A stretch of DNA of 64,000 bases from an uncultured Lachnospiraceae bacterium (GTDB lineage Bacteria > Bacillota > Clostridia > Lachnospirales > Lachnospiraceae), in the NCBI GenBank assembly GCA_902766955.1, contig CACXFM010000083.1, positions 5,665 to 69,664 of the forward strand, read 5' to 3'. This document shows, piece after piece, positions 60,716 to 64,000 of the stretch. Under the pieces are notes generated by a model. That model worked only from the letters and a program-made list of their open reading frames with translations. It was not told where the DNA came from and made no database searches. Numbering within the stretch: the stretch's first letter is position 1; the number at the start of each line of letters is the position of its first letter. A program made the translations under genes and the position numbers.

Positions 60716-61606
60716 GTGAAAAGAAAGAAGAAGCTATCAGACAACTCATCTCTGGCGCTGAGGTTCCATCTTCCGACATTTATAACACTGACTTTTGTAG
60801 CGCTGATTCCGTTGATTTACACACTGCGTCTCAGTTTTTATGATTTTAAGCTGTCCGAAGCAGGAAGTGCAAACCGTTTTGTCGGACTTGCCAATTATAT
60901 CCGGCTCTTCCGGGACCCGGACTTCTACAATTCCGTCAGCAAAACATTTATCTTCATGTTTTTTGCAGTACTCTTTGAAGTGATCATAGGCATTCTTCTT
61001 GCCCTGGCACTGAATGCCATTCCGAAAGTAAAAAAGCTTTTCACTTCCCTGACACTGATTCCGATGATGGTCGCACCGCTTGTCATCGGCTTAATGTACA
61101 GTTTCTACATCAACCCGCAGTTCGGTCTTTACACATGGCTCGTTGACACGCTGCGGCTTCCCCTTCCCACGAATCTGACAGGTGATTCCTTCCATTCCAT
61201 GATCATCGTGGTCATTATGGACATCTGGGAGTGGGCCCCGTATATGGGCCTGGTATTCCTCGCCGGACTGCAGTCCATTGATGCACAGTGCTATGAAGCA
61301 GCCAAGGTAGACGGTGCCAGCAATACTCAGATCTTCTGGTCCGTCACGCTCCCCCTTATGCGTCCCGTCATTACGGTCGCCGTCCTGCTCCGTGCCATGG
61401 AAACCTTTAAGGAATTTGATAAGCCATATATACTCACCGGCGGCGGTCCGGGAAATGCAACCGAAGTCATTGACTTGTATACCTACCGGCAGGCGTTCGT
61501 ACAGTTCAAGTTCAGCTATGCCGCCGCGATCTGCATAATCCTGTTCATAGTGCTGTTCCTTTGCGGAATGGTTTATCAGAGAGTTGCCATGCAGGGAGAT
61601 GATTGA
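60716..61606 (+). CDS. Carbohydrate ABC permease
   Basis: FVGLANY, LAGLQSI...YEAAKVDGA, LTGGGPG. Confidence 0.92.
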   Translation: MKRKKKLSDNSSLALRFHLPTFITLTFVALIPLIYTLRLSFYDFKLSEAGSANRFVGLANYIRLFRDPDFYNSVSKTFIFMFFAVLFEVIIGILLALALNAIPKVKKLFTSLTLIPMMVAPLVIGLMYSFYINPQFGLYTWLVDTLRLPLPTNLTGDSFHSMIIVVIMDIWEWAPYMGLVFLAGLQSIDAQCYEAAKVDGASNTQIFWSVTLPLMRPVITVAVLLRAMETFKEFDKPYILTGGGPGNATEVIDLYTYRQAFVQFKFSYAAAICIILFIVLFLCGMVYQRVAMQGDD

Positions 61607-61607
61607 T

Positions 61608-62426
61608 ATGAATAAAAAATTAAAATACGGATTGCTGTATGCCGGATTAACAATTTTCCTGTTTATCGTACTTATGCCATATATCTGGCTGATTCTGACG
61701 TCTTTCAAGACCAGAGTCGATGCGTTCGCAATTCCGCCGAAGATCTTTTTCAAGGGAACCCTCAGCAATTATTACGAAGCTTTTATCACAAAGGGAATGC
61801 TTCATAACCTCATAAACAGTATCATCGTCATGATCGCCACCGTCGTGATCAGCATGATCCTGGGGCTTCCGTCAGCATACGCCTTCTCGAGATTTCCGTC
61901 GCGGGGTGACCGGCTTCTCTCGAACTATCTTCTCGGAACGAGATTCACTCCCGTGGTTGTCCTTGCTCTTCCTCTGTATCTGATGATGAGCAGGATGGGA
62001 CTCCTGAACACTTACGTCGGTATCATTATCGCCCATGTCGCCTTCAATCTTCCCTTCGTCGTATGGATGATGCGAGGATTTTACGATGCCATTCCCAAAG
62101 AGATTGACGAAGCGGCAAGGGTGGATGGTCTGGGCTGGTTCCACATCTTCCTTTCCATCGATACGCCGCTTGCCAGAAGCGGTGTGGCGGCAACCGCCGT
62201 GTTCTGTGCCATCAACTCCTGGAACGAATTCCTGATGGCGCTGATCCTGACCGGCAGAAACACCACGACCATGCCGGTGGCCATCCCCGGCCTTCTGACG
62301 CCCCAGGGAACAATCTGGGGACAGATTTCAGCGGTAGGCACCGTCATCACCATTCCCGTTCTGGTATTTGCGATCCTGGTGCAGAAGCACATGATCTCCG
62401 GCATGACGATGGGCGCCGTAAAATAA
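61608..62426 (+). CDS. Carbohydrate ABC permease
   Basis: NLPFVVWMMRGFYDAIPKEIDEAARVDG, SWNEFL, GAVK. Confidence 0.92.
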   Translation: MNKKLKYGLLYAGLTIFLFIVLMPYIWLILTSFKTRVDAFAIPPKIFFKGTLSNYYEAFITKGMLHNLINSIIVMIATVVISMILGLPSAYAFSRFPSRGDRLLSNYLLGTRFTPVVVLALPLYLMMSRMGLLNTYVGIIIAHVAFNLPFVVWMMRGFYDAIPKEIDEAARVDGLGWFHIFLSIDTPLARSGVAATAVFCAINSWNEFLMALILTGRNTTTMPVAIPGLLTPQGTIWGQISAVGTVITIPVLVFAILVQKHMISGMTMGAVK

Positions 62427-62467
62427 AATTCAAAGATTCCCGATTACCTTGTGGAGGCAAATCAGCA

Positions 62468-63214
62468 ATGAAACTCCTTCTGACAAAAGATTACGCAGAG
62501 CTGAGCCGCAGGGCTGCCCTGATCATCGCCGGGCAGATTCTTGTCAGACCTGATTCAGTTCTGGGGCTCGCTACCGGAAGTACCCCGCTTGGCACTTACG
62601 AAATGCTGGTGCAGATGTACGAAGCCGGCATTCTCGATTTCTCATCGGTCCGGACTTTCAACCTCGATGAATACCGCGGTCTCTCTGCAGAAGATCCTCA
62701 GGGATACGCCTGGTACATGCAGCATACGCTTTTTTCAAAAATCAATATCCCGGCTTCTGCCGTCCATATCGAGGACGCTCTTGAAGCAGACGCAGACAAA
62801 GCCTGCAGAGAATATGAAAAGAAAATCCGGGATGCCGGAGGAATCGATCTCCAGCTTCTCGGACTCGGAGAGAACGGACACATCGGCTTTAACGAACCGG
62901 ACAGCTCTTTCTCGGACAGCTGCAGATGTGTGGATCTCTCTGAAAGTACAATCACCGCAAACAGCAGATTCTTCGCATCAAGAGAGGATGTGCCCCGTCA
63001 GGCCTATACGATGGGGATCGGCTCAATCATGCGGGCCAGAAAGCTGCTCCTTCTCGTAAGCGGAGAGAAAAAAGCCGGTGCGCTGTGGCAGCTGCTGACC
63101 GGACCGGTCTGCCCGGAACTGCCCGCTTCTATCCTGCGAATGCATCCGGACGTGACTGTAATCGCAGAAAAAAGCCTGTTGAAAGGAAAGGATATCAGTG
63201 ATGAATACAATTGA
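62468..63214 (+). CDS. nagB: Glucosamine-6-phosphate deaminase
   Basis: [37 protein letters not shown]. Confidence 0.92.
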   Translation: MKLLLTKDYAELSRRAALIIAGQILVRPDSVLGLATGSTPLGTYEMLVQMYEAGILDFSSVRTFNLDEYRGLSAEDPQGYAWYMQHTLFSKINIPASAVHIEDALEADADKACREYEKKIRDAGGIDLQLLGLGENGHIGFNEPDSSFSDSCRCVDLSESTITANSRFFASREDVPRQAYTMGIGSIMRARKLLLLVSGEKKAGALWQLLTGPVCPELPASILRMHPDVTVIAEKSLLKGKDISDEYN

Positions 63215-64000
63215 AAAAGACAGAGCCTATCTTGTGCAATGCTATACGACGGATCCTGTCGTATTTACTCACGGAAAAGGCGTCTGTCTCTATGATGAAA
63301 ACGGAAAAGAATATCTGGATTTTTCGGGTCAGTTTTCTTCCGACAGCCTGGGCCACGGAAATGAAGAGATGATTCAGGCGATCACGGACCAGATGAGAAA
63401 AATCACAAATGTCACCTCCTGCTTTCCGACAGAGGAAAGAGCCTCCCTTGCGGAAAAAATGGTGGCGATTACACCGGACGGACTGGATTATGTGATGTTC
63501 GGATGTACCGGGTCGGATGCGAACGAATTTGCGCTGAAAGCAGCCAAATACTATCAGGGAGGCGGTAAAATCATCTCCTTCCGCAGAGGATTTCACGGAT
63601 CCACAGCGGGTTCCGCAGCCGCAACCGGCAAATCCGAAACGATTCAGGAGAGTGCAAGTATATCGGAATTACTCCCGGGCGGTTTCGTCCATTCCGCTGC
63701 ACCCTACTGTTACCGGTGCGATTTCGGCAGGACACAGGGAGAGTGCGGAATGGAATGTCTGCACTACCTTGAGCAGACAATTCTTCAGGAAGGCGGCGAA
63801 AAAGTCGCTGCCATCATCACGGAACCCGTTTTTGCGGCAGGCGGTGTCATCGTACCGCCCAAAGGGTTCTTAAAAGGGGTCAGGGAACTGTGTGACAAAT
63901 ATCATATCCTCCTGATTTTCGACGAAGTCGTCACGGGGCTCGGACAGACAGGCACCATGTTCGCCTGCGAATACGAAGGCGTGACACCCGATATTCTGGT
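63201..64000 (+). CDS. Class III PLP aminotransferase, truncated by the window edge
   Basis: Not in the ORF track; translated by hand: MNTIEKD...[17 protein letters not shown]...LGHG...TGSDANE...GFHGST...TEPV...[14 protein letters not shown]...PDIL. Confidence 0.9.
   Translation, partial: MNTIEKDRAYLVQCYTTDPVVFTHGKGVCLYDENGKEYLDFSGQFSSDSLGHGNEEMIQAITDQMRKITNVTSCFPTEERASLAEKMVAITPDGLDYVMFGCTGSDANEFALKAAKYYQGGGKIISFRRGFHGSTAGSAAATGKSETIQESASISELLPGGFVHSAAPYCYRCDFGRTQGECGMECLHYLEQTILQEGGEKVAAIITEPVFAAGGVIVPPKGFLKGVRELCDKYHILLIFDEVVTGLGQTGTMFACEYEGVTPDIL

Noticed and set aside
1-64000. Prophage, IS/integrase, rRNA or tRNA genes
   Set aside because: No such motifs were recognised by eye; tRNAscan/ISEScan were not run

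Overview
A GC-rich chromosomal window, most likely from an anaerobic Clostridia (Lachnospiraceae-like) bacterium; the taxonomy is inferred from gene content. Most genes are on the minus strand. From left to right: an AraC regulator, a probable Ser/Thr pseudokinase, a GH13 glycosidase and a 1246-aa LRR/Ig/amidase surface protein flanked by REP-like palindromic repeats; housekeeping genes (NhaC, PatB, hflKC, ABC-F) and two orphan hybrid histidine kinases; a ~20 kb nitrogen/glutamine cluster (asnB, glnA type III, amt-PII fusion, an uncharacterised KaiC-like/PEP-synthase-like protein, gltBD, glmS, pyrG, a degenerate glutamine synthetase and an ANTAR pseudo-receiver) whose asnB, amt and gltB leaders carry ANTAR-type hairpins overlapping terminators; an opp/dpp operon headed by an unannotated 32-aa ORF; MATE, GH120 and UvrA2; a non-coding 64-bp tandem array flanked by 20-bp-period arrays; an XRE-HisKA-receiver protein with no ATPase domain; a collapsed STAS/NRPS/clostripain/TPR relic; and an AT-richer amino-sugar-type catabolic operon running off the right edge. 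The best candidate for an undescribed system is pseudo-GS plus ANTAR antitermination controlling the glutamine cluster, together with the orphan dikinase-like protein. I recognised no rRNA, tRNA, CRISPR array, integrase or transposase. All family calls come from motif recognition by eye, not from database searches.
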